A DNA stretch of 64,000 bases, taken from the NCBI GenBank assembly GCA_964365855.1, contig CAYIRC010000002.1, positions 1,781-65,780 of the forward strand. Direction: 5' to 3'. The DNA is from Candidatus Woesearchaeota archaeon (lineage in GTDB: Archaea; Nanobdellota; Nanobdellia; Pacearchaeales; GW2011-AR1). The notes beneath the pieces were generated by a model. That model saw only the letters and a program-made list of their open reading frames with translations. It was not told the DNA's origin and searched no databases. The translations under genes and the position numbers were made by a program. Shown here piece by piece: positions 37,805 through 48,153 of this stretch; within the stretch, counting starts at the first letter, position 1, and each line of letters opens with the position of its first letter.

Positions 37805-40609
37805 TTATTCCCCGCATCCGCTTCTTGTCGTTTGTTTGCACGAAGTGCAGTAAATTGCGCAGTTGCCAATTCTCTTTGCAGGCCCGCCGCAATGAGGGCA
37901 TATAATTCCTTCATTGCCAAAATCCTCAATTGATTTCTGCTCTTCTTTTTCTGATTCTACACTAGCGGCAGTTGAAACTTCAACATTGATTCCTCCTGCT
38001 CCTTCTCCAAAATTATTAAGCATAAATTGCGCAACATAATCAACAATAGATGAAGCTGTTCTTATCTGGTTTCTATTAAAGTCCAAATCTCCACCATTTT
38101 CATTTTTTACAAATCCAGAGGGTTCAAATTTTTGATGCCTGAATTTTTTGAATAAATCATTTACAGAAGCTCCATATTGCAGATTAAGTGAAACAGATGT
38201 TGCCCATGAATCCATTAATCCTCTTATTGTCGAGCCCTCTTTATGCATTGTAACAAATATTTCTCCGGGCCTTCCGTTATCATAAAGCCCCACAATAAAG
38301 TATCCCTCATGCCCCGCGATATCAAATTTATGCACAATGCTCTTCCTTGTTTGAGGAAGTTTAGTTCTTCTGATATTGGCTTTATCGCCTTTTTTCTTTA
38401 TTATTTCTCCTTCAGTTTTTTGCGTGTTCAATGGCTGGCTTCTCTTGCTGTTTTCTCGATAAATAGCAACAGATTTCAATCCCTGCTCCCATGCATAAAA
38501 ATAAGCTTCTTCAATTTCAGAAATCGAGCAATGTTCAGGCATATTAATTGTCTTTGAAATCCCTCCAGATATAAATGGCTGGACTGCAGCCATTATTTTT
38601 ATATGTCCGGTATAATGAATAAATCTTTTGCCACTTGCTGGCTTGAATGCACAGTCAAATATGGCTAAATGCTTTTCTTCAAGCCCAGGAGCTCCTTCAA
38701 TTGTTTCTTTTTCATTTATATATTCCAAAATTTTTTCTATTTTATCCAGGTTATATCCAAGATTTTCAAGCGCAAGCCTGACGCTTTTATTTACAATCTT
38801 TAACATTCCTCCTCCAGAGAGATTTTTGTACTTTACAAGAGCAATATCTGGCTCAATTCCAGTTGTATCGCAGTCCATTAAAAATGCAATTGTACCGGTT
38901 GGGGCTAAGACACTAACTTGTGCATTTCTGAATCCATATCTCTCTCCAAGCTCCAGTGCCCTGTCCCAGCAATTTTTTGCTTCATCATAAAGCCCCTTAA
39001 GCTTTTCAGGAATCTTTCGTGCATCAATTTTATCAACATAACTCCTGTGCATTCTGATTACTTCAAGCATAGATTCTCTATTTTCTTCGAATTTATCAAA
39101 AGTTCCAAGTTTTCCTGCAAGTTCAGCTGAAATGCAGTAAGCATGGCCTGTTAATATTGCGGTAATTGCCGCTGCAACAGCTCTTCCTTCATCAGAATCA
39201 TATGGCAATCCATAACTCATTAACAAAGCACCTAGATTTGCATACCCCAATCCAAGCGGCCTGAATTTGTGCGAATTTTCAGTAATCTTTTCAGTTGGAT
39301 AACTTCCGCCATCAACAGCAAGCTCCTGTGCTATAATAAAATCTTTTATAGTTTCTTTATATCTTTCAATATCAAACCCCCCATGTTCAGTTCTGAATTT
39401 TCCAATATTTATTGAAGCGAGATTGCATGCCGTGTCATCAAGGTAGATAAATTCGCTGCAAGGATTAGTCGCATTAATCCATCCTGATTTCTTGCACGTA
39501 TTCCACCTATTGATTGTATCATCAAATTGAATTCCTGGATCCCCGCAATAATAAGTTGCTTCTCCAATTTGCTTTAGTAGGTCTCTTGCTTTGAAAGTCT
39601 GGCAGGTCTCTTTGGTTTTCACAAATTTTGTTTTAAATTCGCTGTTTTCTTTAACAGCTTTCATAAATTCATCACTTGCCCTTACAGATAAATTGCAATT
39701 TTGAAATCCAATGCTAGCATATGCCTCTCCATTCATTCCGCTGTCATAACCCTGTTCAATCAAAGCCCATGCTTTCTTCTCCTCTTTTAATTTTATATTA
39801 ATAAATTCAATAATATCCGGATGATAAATATTTAAAATAACCATTTTCGCAGCTCTTCTTGTCTTTCCTCCAGATTTTATTATTCCTGCATACATATCAG
39901 AGCCTTTGATGAATGAAATCGGTCCAGAAGCCCATCCACCTCCTGTCAGCCTTTCCTTAGAGCTTCTTAATGATGAATAATTTGTTCCAGTTCCGCTTCC
40001 TGCCTTAAACAAATTAGCCTCAGATGTTTGCAAAGCCATTATAGATTCCATTGTGTCATCAACACTTTGAATAAAGCATGCAGAACATTGTGGCTTGTCT
40101 TCTCCTTTTTCAGAACTAACAACTTTGTTTAATGTTTCATTCCATTTAAATGCAGAAACGCCTCCTGCATTTTTGTCATATTCATTAATTCCGGCATTAA
40201 ACCACACAGGCGAATTAAAAGCAGCCAGCTGGTTGAGGCAGATAGCTGCAATTTCTTCTTCAAATATTTTTGCTTCTTCAGGATTGAAATGTTTTTGCAG
40301 CAATGCCTGCCTGCCAAAGAATTTTGCAACTCTTCCAATAAGCATATCTGTTGAATTTTCTCTTTCTTTTTTGTCCTGATTGCCCCAAAAATATTTTCCA
40401 GCGACAACTTTAATTGCAAGGTCACTCCAAAAATCAGGATACTTTACACTCGACTGTGTGAAAACCACTTTTCCAAGGTCATTTGTTATATTAACATCTT
40501 TTGTTATATATTTTATAGGATTTCCAAATATATCAAATTCAAACGGGTTTTTTTCCTCTCTCGTAAAATACCTCTCTACTTTCTGCAGGTTTTCTATTCC
40601 AGGCGTCAT
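37805..40609 (-). CDS. nrdJ: class II (adenosylcobalamin-dependent) ribonucleotide reductase with C-terminal TSCPD domain
   Basis: FNSPVWFN, PQCSACFI, RRAAKM, ATNPCSEF, ACNLASIN, APTGTI, ISKTINMP, C-terminal CxxC..CxxC. Confidence 0.95.
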   Translation of the reverse strand: MTPGIENLQKVERYFTREEKNPFEFDIFGNPIKYITKDVNITNDLGKVVFTQSSVKYPDFWSDLAIKVVAGKYFWGNQDKKERENSTDMLIGRVAKFFGRQALLQKHFNPEEAKIFEEEIAAICLNQLAAFNSPVWFNAGINEYDKNAGGVSAFKWNETLNKVVSSEKGEDKPQCSACFIQSVDDTMESIMALQTSEANLFKAGSGTGTNYSSLRSSKERLTGGGWASGPISFIKGSDMYAGIIKSGGKTRRAAKMVILNIYHPDIIEFINIKLKEEKKAWALIEQGYDSGMNGEAYASIGFQNCNLSVRASDEFMKAVKENSEFKTKFVKTKETCQTFKARDLLKQIGEATYYCGDPGIQFDDTINRWNTCKKSGWINATNPCSEFIYLDDTACNLASINIGKFRTEHGGFDIERYKETIKDFIIAQELAVDGGSYPTEKITENSHKFRPLGLGYANLGALLMSYGLPYDSDEGRAVAAAITAILTGHAYCISAELAGKLGTFDKFEENRESMLEVIRMHRSYVDKIDARKIPEKLKGLYDEAKNCWDRALELGERYGFRNAQVSVLAPTGTIAFLMDCDTTGIEPDIALVKYKNLSGGGMLKIVNKSVRLALENLGYNLDKIEKILEYINEKETIEGAPGLEEKHLAIFDCAFKPASGKRFIHYTGHIKIMAAVQPFISGGISKTINMPEHCSISEIEEAYFYAWEQGLKSVAIYRENSKRSQPLNTQKTEGEIIKKKGDKANIRRTKLPQTRKSIVHKFDIAGHEGYFIVGLYDNGRPGEIFVTMHKEGSTIRGLMDSWATSVSLNLQYGASVNDLFKKFRHQKFEPSGFVKNENGGDLDFNRNQIRTASSIVDYVAQFMLNNFGEGAGGINVEVSTAASVESEKEEQKSIEDFGNEGIICPHCGGPAKRIGNCAIYCTSCKQTTRSGCGE

Positions 40610-41049
40610 TTTCCAATGAGCTCCTTTATCTCTTTTTTAAAATCAGAAATATCTGTAAAATCCCTATAGACTGAAGCAAATCTTATATATGCAATTTTAT
40701 CAATTTTCTTTAATTCTTTAGATACAAGCTCGCCTATAATGCTTGTTTTTACTTCCTTTCCATCCTTCCTTATTTTTTCTTCAACATTTCTTATTATATC
40801 ATTAATTTGTTCATTAGAAACCGGTCTTTTTTCGCATGCTTTTAATATTCCTTTTTTAATTTTGTCACAATCAAAATTCTCTCTTCGCCCGTCTTTTTTT
40901 ATAACACGCAATTCAACTTTTTCAACACTCTCATGCGTATTGAATCTTCTTTTGCATTTGATGCACTCTCGTCTCCTTTTAGTTATATTATTAAAATCTC
41001 TCTTATCCAGTACTTTGGTTATATTATGTAGGCAATACGGGCATAGCAT
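40606..41049 (-). CDS. nrdR: transcriptional repressor NrdR
   Basis: MLCPYC, RRRECIKC, VIKKDGRRENF ATP cone, AYIRFASVYRDF; start moved to ATG 41049. Confidence 0.95.
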   Translation of the reverse strand: MLCPYCLHNITKVLDKRDFNNITKRRRECIKCKRRFNTHESVEKVELRVIKKDGRRENFDCDKIKKGILKACEKRPVSNEQINDIIRNVEEKIRKDGKEVKTSIIGELVSKELKKIDKIAYIRFASVYRDFTDISDFKKEIKELIGK

Positions 41050-41050
41050 T

Positions 41051-41098
41051 TTACAATATCTTGTGTTTTTATCTCCTCTTTTATACAACTTATTGTAT
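41051..41098 (-). promoter_or_regulatory. tandem NrdR boxes
   Basis: ACACAAGATATTGTAA (41066-41051) and ATACAATAAGTTGTAT (41098-41083) match acaCwAtATaTwGtgt; 32 bp start-to-start. Confidence 0.8.
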
Positions 41099-41134
41099 CT
41101 GTTGCAATAAGCTAAACTCTTCTAAATTTTCACT

Positions 41135-41142
41135 TATTTAAA
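41135..41142 (-). promoter_or_regulatory. archaeal TATA box of the nrdR-nrdJ operon
   Basis: TTTAAATA on the minus strand, ~37 nt upstream of the distal NrdR box. Confidence 0.55.
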
Positions 41143-41271
41143 GATTTCTGCACTGGAGTTTTATTCGTCGCAGTTATTTGAAAAAAGTGTTTTACATTTC
41201 TTTAGTAATAAAAATCTAACTGACATAAAACTTCTAAAAAGCTTTATATATATCTGTAATTTAGGATAAAT

Positions 41272-41523
41272 ATGTCACTTTCACTGCCTTATGATTTCGG
41301 TTTGCCTATTTGGGCGGTTATTCTTTTAACAATATGGATTTTTGTTTGGAAAGGCCTAGCACTCTGGAAATCAGCACAATTAAAGCATAAAGTCTGGTTC
41401 GTATTATTATTAATAATAAACACATTTGCAATATTTGAAATTCTTTATATATTCTTATTTTCAAAGATAAGGCTTGATAATTCTGCTGAAATTAAAAAAA
41501 GCAAAGCAAGAAAAAAGAGATAA
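41272..41523 (+). CDS. small membrane protein (DUF5652-like)
   Basis: WKGLALWKSA...WFVLLLIINT..IFEILYIF. Confidence 0.75.
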   Translation: MSLSLPYDFGLPIWAVILLTIWIFVWKGLALWKSAQLKHKVWFVLLLIINTFAIFEILYIFLFSKIRLDNSAEIKKSKARKKR

Positions 41524-41760
41524 ATGCATACAAAATTCAAAAGGCATCAAAAAGTCCGGCTTCTGATAGACCCTTCAACAGAGTACACAGATTATTTTGA
41601 AGATACTGCTCCAGTCCCAATAAAAAAAGGAATGGTTGGCAAAATCAACATTATTTTACCTAACGGTCAGTATCATGTTGAAATTTTAGACAAAAATGGC
41701 CAGCCCATAGCTTATGTTCCAATGAATGAAGAATACTTGGAAGAAGTAAAAGAAAATTAA
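41524..41760 (+). CDS. small hypothetical protein (SH3-like beta fold suspected)
   Basis: 78-aa ORF abutting the previous gene. Confidence 0.65.
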   Translation: MHTKFKRHQKVRLLIDPSTEYTDYFEDTAPVPIKKGMVGKINIILPNGQYHVEILDKNGQPIAYVPMNEEYLEEVKEN

Positions 41761-41770
41761 TAATTATTCT

Positions 41771-42136
41771 CTAGCATCTCGCAAGTTGCTTAAGCTCATC
41801 AAGATTTTTTAAGCCATAAAAAATATTGCCATTTATTTTCCATGCAGGATATCCTTCAAGCCCTATACAAGCTTTAACGTTTGCAGAACATTCAACATAA
41901 TTTATAAATCCAAAACTATCTCCAAAAAGGCTTTTTTGTTTTTTGCAGTATTTACAGGAATCAGTGCCATACATTACAACTTCTTTGCTTGCTAAGCATT
42001 GTGCAACATTAGTTTTTTCTCCTTCACTTACTGAATACCCTGTAATCATAGAAAACCAGTCTGTAAAAAAGTATAACATAGCCACAAGCAAAACAATTAT
42101 CATAAGAGTGACCATTACCTTGTACCTTTTTTCCAT
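41771..42136 (-). CDS. membrane-anchored thioredoxin/glutaredoxin-fold protein
   Basis: N-terminal TM helix; MYGTDSCKYCKKQK, YVEC, GYPAW. Confidence 0.8.
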   Translation of the reverse strand: MEKRYKVMVTLMIIVLLVAMLYFFTDWFSMITGYSVSEGEKTNVAQCLASKEVVMYGTDSCKYCKKQKSLFGDSFGFINYVECSANVKACIGLEGYPAWKINGNIFYGLKNLDELKQLARC

Positions 42137-42224
42137 CGTACAAACAATTTCAGCTTCTTTTTAACTTTTTTGTTTTAATCAACTTAGTAGTAATCTTTAT
42201 AAAATGCCTCTTCCTATAAAAATA

Positions 42225-42779
42225 ATGGAATTAATATTATGGATTATTCTTGCAGTAATTGCTTTATTAGTGATACTTTTCGTATCTTATTTTAACAGGT
42301 TTGCAGTATTAGGGAACAGGATTGACAATTCATTATCACAGATTGATGTTCAATTAAAGAAAAGAGCAGATTTAGTTCCAAATTTAATTAACACTGTTAA
42401 AGGTTATGCAAAGCATGAAAAAGGCATAATGAAAAATGTTACAGATGCTAGAACAGCTTTGCTTTCTGCAAAAACTCTGACTGAAAGGGCAAAGGCAGGA
42501 GCAGAATTGCAGACTGCTTTAAAGTCAATCTTTGCATTAGCTGAAAATTATCCGCAATTAAGGGCAAATGAAAATTTCCTTCAGCTTCAGCAGGAATTAG
42601 CAGCTATTGAAGAGAGAATTGCATATGCCCGGCAGTATTACAATGATTCAATATTAAGCTACAATAATTTATGCAAGACTTTCCCCGGAGTTTTATTCGC
42701 AGGCCTGTATGGAAAGTTAGCCAAACCCTTCCTCCAAATTGCCTCGGAAGAACGTGCTGTTCCTAAAGTTGAGTTTTAA
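42225..42779 (+). CDS. lemA: LemA family protein
   Basis: QIDVQLKKRADLVPNL, AENYPQLRANENFLQLQ, ARQYYND. Confidence 0.95.
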   Translation: MELILWIILAVIALLVILFVSYFNRFAVLGNRIDNSLSQIDVQLKKRADLVPNLINTVKGYAKHEKGIMKNVTDARTALLSAKTLTERAKAGAELQTALKSIFALAENYPQLRANENFLQLQQELAAIEERIAYARQYYNDSILSYNNLCKTFPGVLFAGLYGKLAKPFLQIASEERAVPKVEF

Positions 42780-42784
42780 CTACT

Positions 42785-43798
42785 TTAAATTTCTTTAATT
42801 TTCAAATCATTTTTGCTCTTGACATTTGAAAGCAGAACAACAAAGCTTCTTTCATCTTCACCCATAATTCTATAGCCATCAGCCTTGAGCTCTTCTTCAA
42901 GCTTCAAAGCAAATGCTTTTACTTCAGGATGAAACGGCATTTTCTTCCACGATAATCTATTTCGGGCAAATCCAATTGACTTAAAACCATCAACATGAAT
43001 AAAATCAGGCTGTGCTTTTCTGATTAGTTCAGCATACTCTTTAACATGTCTATCTTCCATATTTGATAATTTATCGATTTCCTTATCGCCTTCCATTGCT
43101 TTAACAAGATTTAACCTAATTGCCCTTCGCACTTTTCCTTTCAGCTTTATGAAAAGCTCAAGAGTTTTATTTAACTTCTGCCAAGCATTTTTTTTATAAG
43201 GCCTGTGCCAAATTTTGTAAAGTTCTTCATTTGAAGTATTAACAGTCAAAGTCATTTGAGTTGGCAATGCATTCTCTTTTTCAAGCTTTTCAATTGCTTC
43301 AGGATTAAGACCATTTGTAACAAGAAAAGTCACAGCACCTCTTGTTCTGCAAAGCTTAATTATCTCACCAAGATAAGGATAAAGAGTTGCTTCTCCTATA
43401 AGTGAAAATGTAAATAAAGTCGGTTCAAGAGCTTCTTTCAGTTTTTTCTTGTCAACCTTTTCATTTCCGCCACATCCAATCAAAAGCTTTCTTCTTTCTT
43501 CAATCAATCCTTCAATTATCTCTTCTGGATTTTCAGGATTTGATACAATATTTGGGATTGTATAATCAGTATTTCTCCAGCAATGAATGCATTTATTCTC
43601 GCAGTTAAACAAGCTAACACTTACCTGTGCGCATCTGTGGCTTTTTATGCCATAAAATTTCTCTTTCCAGCACACTTTTCCCTCTCCAAGCGACCTTCGC
43701 GTCCATTGGCATATCTGCACTCCGCTGTGCTTTCCTACAAGGCCATATTTCTGTTTCTTGAGCTGTTCTCGTGCTTTTTCAAACTCTTTGCTTTCCAT
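42785..43798 (-). CDS. taw1: 4-demethylwyosine synthase Taw1/TYW1 (radical SAM)
   Basis: HSGVQICQW, CWKEKFYGIKSHRC, CENKCIHCWR, SLIGEATLYP, FLVTNG. Confidence 0.9.
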   Translation of the reverse strand: MESKEFEKAREQLKKQKYGLVGKHSGVQICQWTRRSLGEGKVCWKEKFYGIKSHRCAQVSVSLFNCENKCIHCWRNTDYTIPNIVSNPENPEEIIEGLIEERRKLLIGCGGNEKVDKKKLKEALEPTLFTFSLIGEATLYPYLGEIIKLCRTRGAVTFLVTNGLNPEAIEKLEKENALPTQMTLTVNTSNEELYKIWHRPYKKNAWQKLNKTLELFIKLKGKVRRAIRLNLVKAMEGDKEIDKLSNMEDRHVKEYAELIRKAQPDFIHVDGFKSIGFARNRLSWKKMPFHPEVKAFALKLEEELKADGYRIMGEDERSFVVLLSNVKSKNDLKIKEI

Positions 43799-43863
43799 TC
43801 GAAGAATTAGTTCCTTTGCTTTTTAATTTTTATTCCTAATAAAAACATTAATAAATATGCCAA

Positions 43864-44640
43864 ATGTCCCCATTAAAGATGAAAAAAGAAACTAAGCAAA
43901 AAGTAAAAGACCTTGTAAAGAAGGTTATTTTATCAAAAATTGATAACTATGCTGCTGAAACTGACTATATGCCTTTTTTTGAAGCAATTTTCACAAAAGA
44001 ACAAGTAAAATTAGCATCCATAATTCATTCATTTTATACTACATTTGGCATTTCTCTATATGAGCAATTAGTTAAAATTTTAGCAGAAGGGGCAGGTTAT
44101 GAAGTGCATACTCAATATGACTTGCTTGGAGAAATTGACCCTAAAACAGAAGCATTTGTATCAAAAATAGATATGGATTTGAGAACTGCTAAAAGAATAC
44201 CAAATATGAAATTAGAATTTGAAGAAATAAAAAACTCTATTCAAAAAGGGAATCCATTGCAAGACCCAGATAAAAGAGTTGATGTTTATATAAAGAAAAA
44301 AGATGGAACAGAGATTTATTTTGATATTACTTCTCCAAAACCAAATATAAAAGAGTTTGTAGCGTTAAAAAAGAAATTATTGAGATGGGTTGCTCTAAGG
44401 TTGAGCATAGATAAAAATGCTAAAGTCATAACTGCTTTGAGCATGCCTTATAACCCTTACTATCCAAAACCCTATAAAAGGTGGACAGCAGGAAATATGT
44501 ACGATTCATCTCAACTTATGGTTGGAGATAATTTTTGGAATTTTGTGGCAGGGGAAAATATTTATGATGAATTCATAGAAATCTTCAAAGAAGTCGGTGA
44601 AGAATTAAAAGAGAAAATTAAAGAGATTGCTAAAGAATAG
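43864..44640 (+). CDS. type II restriction endonuclease, TdeIII/MjaII-like
   Basis: HSFYTTFG.SLYE, VDVYI...YFDITSPKPN, MPYNPY, GDNFWNFVAG; convergent with a DNA methyltransferase. Confidence 0.8.
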   Translation: MSPLKMKKETKQKVKDLVKKVILSKIDNYAAETDYMPFFEAIFTKEQVKLASIIHSFYTTFGISLYEQLVKILAEGAGYEVHTQYDLLGEIDPKTEAFVSKIDMDLRTAKRIPNMKLEFEEIKNSIQKGNPLQDPDKRVDVYIKKKDGTEIYFDITSPKPNIKEFVALKKKLLRWVALRLSIDKNAKVITALSMPYNPYYPKPYKRWTAGNMYDSSQLMVGDNFWNFVAGENIYDEFIEIFKEVGEELKEKIKEIAKE

Positions 44641-46242
44641 TTATTTTTTCTTCATATGAAAAATAATCTCAGCATAAGGTTGTCTATCCCTTTCAGTTCT
44701 GTTTAAAACAGGCCTCTTGAATTTATCAACAATTTTTAATCCACTTTTTTCAGCAATTAGCGGATAAAGATTATATTTATCATTAGCTACAATAAAAAAA
44801 TCTCCATCATCTTTAACAAACTTGCTAACATTTCTAAATACTTGACTTATTCCTTCAATATATTCATCTTTCGCATTTTGCCCTTGTCCTTTAAATAAAG
44901 GGCCTATTTCCTTGTCATCTTTTCTAGGAATATCAAAAAGTTCATATGCGTAAGCATGTTGCTCGTGATAATCTATTTGTCCAACATAAGGCGGAGAAGT
45001 AAAAATGCCCTCTATTTTTTTATTCGATAAAATCTTATAAAATTCAGGGTTTTTCTTTTTAATTTCTTCAAATATATTTGCATCTCTTGAATCTCCGTGA
45101 ATAACCTCACTAAAGACATTCTTTTTTAATTTTGAAAACTCATTTATTCTTTTTATTGTATCATAAATATATCTTATGAGATGTTTAACAATTGTATTTA
45201 TCGGAGTACATAATTTTTTATGTTTCCTGCAGTAATAAGGACCAACTTGAGGTTCTGTCAAAGTTGCTAAATCAGAATGGGTTGTTGCTCTGCATGAACG
45301 AGCAGCCCTGCTTAAAATGACTCTTAATGAATCTCTTAAATCTTCATCTTTAATTTCTCGCAAAAGCTTTATATAATAAAATAATTCTTGTCTTACTCTT
45401 TTTGAAAACCATTTATTAAGAAAATTAGTCATTTCCTTTTCATCTAATAATCCTGTTTTATTTTTTGTTCCATTTTTTTCAAAAAATTCCTCATTCTCTT
45501 TTAAAAATTGTTTAAGTTTTTCCTGGCCATATTGTTCTTCATCTTTGATTATTCCTTTCCAGATATTTCTTTTAAATTCAGGATTAGGAAAATATTCTTT
45601 ATTAAAGTCATTCAATTTTTCTTTTAATTGCTCGTCAAATGAATCATCAAACATGTCTTGACTAAACTTTCGTGTCTTAAAGCAGATATCCCTTGCTTTT
45701 TTGTCCAAATCAATTAGATTATATTTCCCAATTTTGACTTTAGAAATTAAGCAATTAAAGTCAGATATATCTATTCCAATTGAATTTAAGCCCAATTCAG
45801 AAGATTGTACCAAAGTTGTCCCGCTTCCCATAAAAGGGTCTAAGATTATATCTCCGGGCTTAAAAAAAACCTCTTTTTTATAATCATTCAAATGAGTATC
45901 CAAAAAGTATTCTACTAATTGAGGAATAAATTTTCCTTTATAAGGATGCAATCTATGAACATGCTTTGTAGTATCAGATTCTCTTAAATGAGAAAAAGAT
46001 AAACCCCAATTTAAGTCATTGCCAAGTTTGCTCTTCCAAGATTCCTGCTTGTTTGTCAAATTTTTGTCATAATACTCTTTCAATTCTTCTAAATTAATTT
46101 GAATCTTTTTCTGTTCATCTAAATATTTTTTTATCTTAGCATATTGTATCAAATAGCTTATATTAGAAGGTGTTACTGGTCTATCCAAATAACCTGTTGC
46201 CCATTCCGATGCTTTACTTATTGATAAAAGTTTTTGAATCAT
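44641..46242 (-). CDS. DNA amino-methyltransferase (probably N4-cytosine) of a type II R-M system
   Basis: HRLHPYKGKFIPQ, DPFMGSGTT (motif I), TSPPY (motif IV). Confidence 0.88.
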   Translation of the reverse strand: MIQKLLSISKASEWATGYLDRPVTPSNISYLIQYAKIKKYLDEQKKIQINLEELKEYYDKNLTNKQESWKSKLGNDLNWGLSFSHLRESDTTKHVHRLHPYKGKFIPQLVEYFLDTHLNDYKKEVFFKPGDIILDPFMGSGTTLVQSSELGLNSIGIDISDFNCLISKVKIGKYNLIDLDKKARDICFKTRKFSQDMFDDSFDEQLKEKLNDFNKEYFPNPEFKRNIWKGIIKDEEQYGQEKLKQFLKENEEFFEKNGTKNKTGLLDEKEMTNFLNKWFSKRVRQELFYYIKLLREIKDEDLRDSLRVILSRAARSCRATTHSDLATLTEPQVGPYYCRKHKKLCTPINTIVKHLIRYIYDTIKRINEFSKLKKNVFSEVIHGDSRDANIFEEIKKKNPEFYKILSNKKIEGIFTSPPYVGQIDYHEQHAYAYELFDIPRKDDKEIGPLFKGQGQNAKDEYIEGISQVFRNVSKFVKDDGDFFIVANDKYNLYPLIAEKSGLKIVDKFKRPVLNRTERDRQPYAEIIFHMKKK

Positions 46243-46319
46243 CTTTTCTCCTTTTTACTCTATTCTAATAAGACAATTTCTATATAAATTTTTTGGCCCA
46301 TTCGCCAGTAACAACTTAA

Positions 46320-46817
46320 TTATTCTTCATTATACCCATAAAAAATATCATTGTATTCTTCAGTGTCATAGACACAGATGCCTTTGTCATGCAACAGCAC
46401 GAATTCTTTGATTCTTGCATCAAGAGTCATCTTACTGCAGATTGTGCAATAAGGCTTTTCAGCTGCAAATGGATTGCCATTTTCATCAATTCTTGAAAAA
46501 TATAATGTAGACCCTGCAATTTTATCAGGATTTTTTCTCAAAGCATCCATAATTGCTCTTTGTTCTGCATGCACACAGCATGTTTTGTCCGTAACTTTTT
46601 TGTGATAAGAGTCTTTTGAAGCAAAACATCTTCTCTGGGTTTCTTTGTCAAAAGGCGGAGAATTAAACCCTTTTCCAATCACTTCGCCATCTTTTATAAT
46701 AACGCATCCGCATCTTGCTCTCCTGCATGTTGAGTTTAGGGCTGCTTCAGTAGCCATCCTAATAAATTCAACTGCCTCACTTTCTTCCTTGCCGCTTAAA
46801 TAATTCATGCACAACAC
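46320..46817 (-). CDS. dCMP deaminase-family zinc deaminase
   Basis: STCRRARCGCVI, GFNSPP, HAEQRAI, PYCTIC. Confidence 0.82.
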   Translation of the reverse strand: MLCMNYLSGKEESEAVEFIRMATEAALNSTCRRARCGCVIIKDGEVIGKGFNSPPFDKETQRRCFASKDSYHKKVTDKTCCVHAEQRAIMDALRKNPDKIAGSTLYFSRIDENGNPFAAEKPYCTICSKMTLDARIKEFVLLHDKGICVYDTEEYNDIFYGYNEE

Positions 46818-46883
46818 AAGTATTTTATCAATATAAAATTATGTATTCAAAAAATATAAATACCCTCGATAATTCATAGAAGC

Positions 46884-47783
46884 ATGGCAGAAAGGCTCTC
46901 TTTTGAAGACCAGATAACTAGCAACAAATTGAAATCTTTCATCTTAATAGCGGTAATTTTCATATTTTTCTTAATCTTAGGGTATATAATTTCTCTTGTA
47001 TCTGACCCTGCTTCATTTATTTTTATAATGATTATAGCTGCATTCACTTCAATTATTTACATCTTAATAAGCTATTTTAATTCTGACAAAATTGCTCTTG
47101 CATCTGTAGGCGCAAAGCCAGCAACTCGGCAGCAACTCCCGCAATTATTTAATACAGTTGAAAACATGTCACTGGCTTCAGGCTTGCCAATGCCAAAAAT
47201 ATATGTTATGAATTCAAATGAAATAAACGCTTTTGCTTCAGGAAGAAATCCACAAACAGCAGTTATTTGCGTTACAACCGGAGCTTTAGAAAAATTAAAC
47301 AAGCAGGAGCTAGAAGGAGTTATTGCTCATGAAATGTCTCATATTGCAAATCTTGATATAAGATTCATGACTCTAACAGCTGTTTTAGTCGGAATGATTT
47401 CAATAGTAGCTCAGATTTTTTTAAGAAGTATGTGGTATAGTGGAGGAAAGAAAGATAATAAAGGCAGCGGAATAATAGTAATAATAGCATTAATTGCAGC
47501 AATTTTAGCTCCAATAGCTGCACAGTTAGTCCAGTTAGCAATTTCAAGAAAGAGGGAATATGGAGCTGATGCAACAGGCGTTAAATTCACCCGTTATCCG
47601 CTTGGATTGGCAAACGCATTAAAAAAGATAAAAAATGAGCACATAACTCCGGAAGACAAGGAAAAATACCCTAAAGCAGTAGCCCCGCTTTTCATTTCAG
47701 ACCCATTTAAGAAAAAAATGCAAACCCTGTTTAGCACGCACCCAGATATAGATGATAGGATTAGAAAATTGGAAAGAATGTAA
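46884..47783 (+). CDS. htpX: M48 zinc metalloprotease HtpX
   Basis: NAFASGRNP, HEMSH, SRKREYGAD, FSTHP. Confidence 0.93.
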   Translation: MAERLSFEDQITSNKLKSFILIAVIFIFFLILGYIISLVSDPASFIFIMIIAAFTSIIYILISYFNSDKIALASVGAKPATRQQLPQLFNTVENMSLASGLPMPKIYVMNSNEINAFASGRNPQTAVICVTTGALEKLNKQELEGVIAHEMSHIANLDIRFMTLTAVLVGMISIVAQIFLRSMWYSGGKKDNKGSGIIVIIALIAAILAPIAAQLVQLAISRKREYGADATGVKFTRYPLGLANALKKIKNEHITPEDKEKYPKAVAPLFISDPFKKKMQTLFSTHPDIDDRIRKLERM

Positions 47784-47784
47784 T

Positions 47785-48153
47785 TTATTTTGCATATCTT
47801 ACAAGCATTTGCTCTGCCTGCTCTAAATGCTGTAAATCTTCTCTAACAAGCTCCAAATATTCCCTATATTGTTTGCCTGTAACCCAAGGTAATATACCCT
47901 CAGTTGCTGTTCTTATATGGCTAATTATACTTCTTCCTACTTCTGCAAAAGGTTTTGAAGGTCCTTGAAATTCTCCTGCAAATCTTTCTTCAGCATATCT
48001 AACTCCTTCTTTTACAGAGTCAGTTACTATTTTAACAGAATCCTGTAATGGAATCCCTGCATCAGAATTTTCTAATCTCGTTGATAAAGCAACCCGAGTT
48101 TGTCGAAATGCACTAAAAATCTGTTCTTTTTCACTAAGGCCTTTTTCATCCAT
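47785..48153 (-). CDS. hypothetical protein
   Basis: ORF probably starting at MDEKGL. Confidence 0.6.
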   Translation of the reverse strand: MDEKGLSEKEQIFSAFRQTRVALSTRLENSDAGIPLQDSVKIVTDSVKEGVRYAEERFAGEFQGPSKPFAEVGRSIISHIRTATEGILPWVTGKQYREYLELVREDLQHLEQAEQMLVRYAK

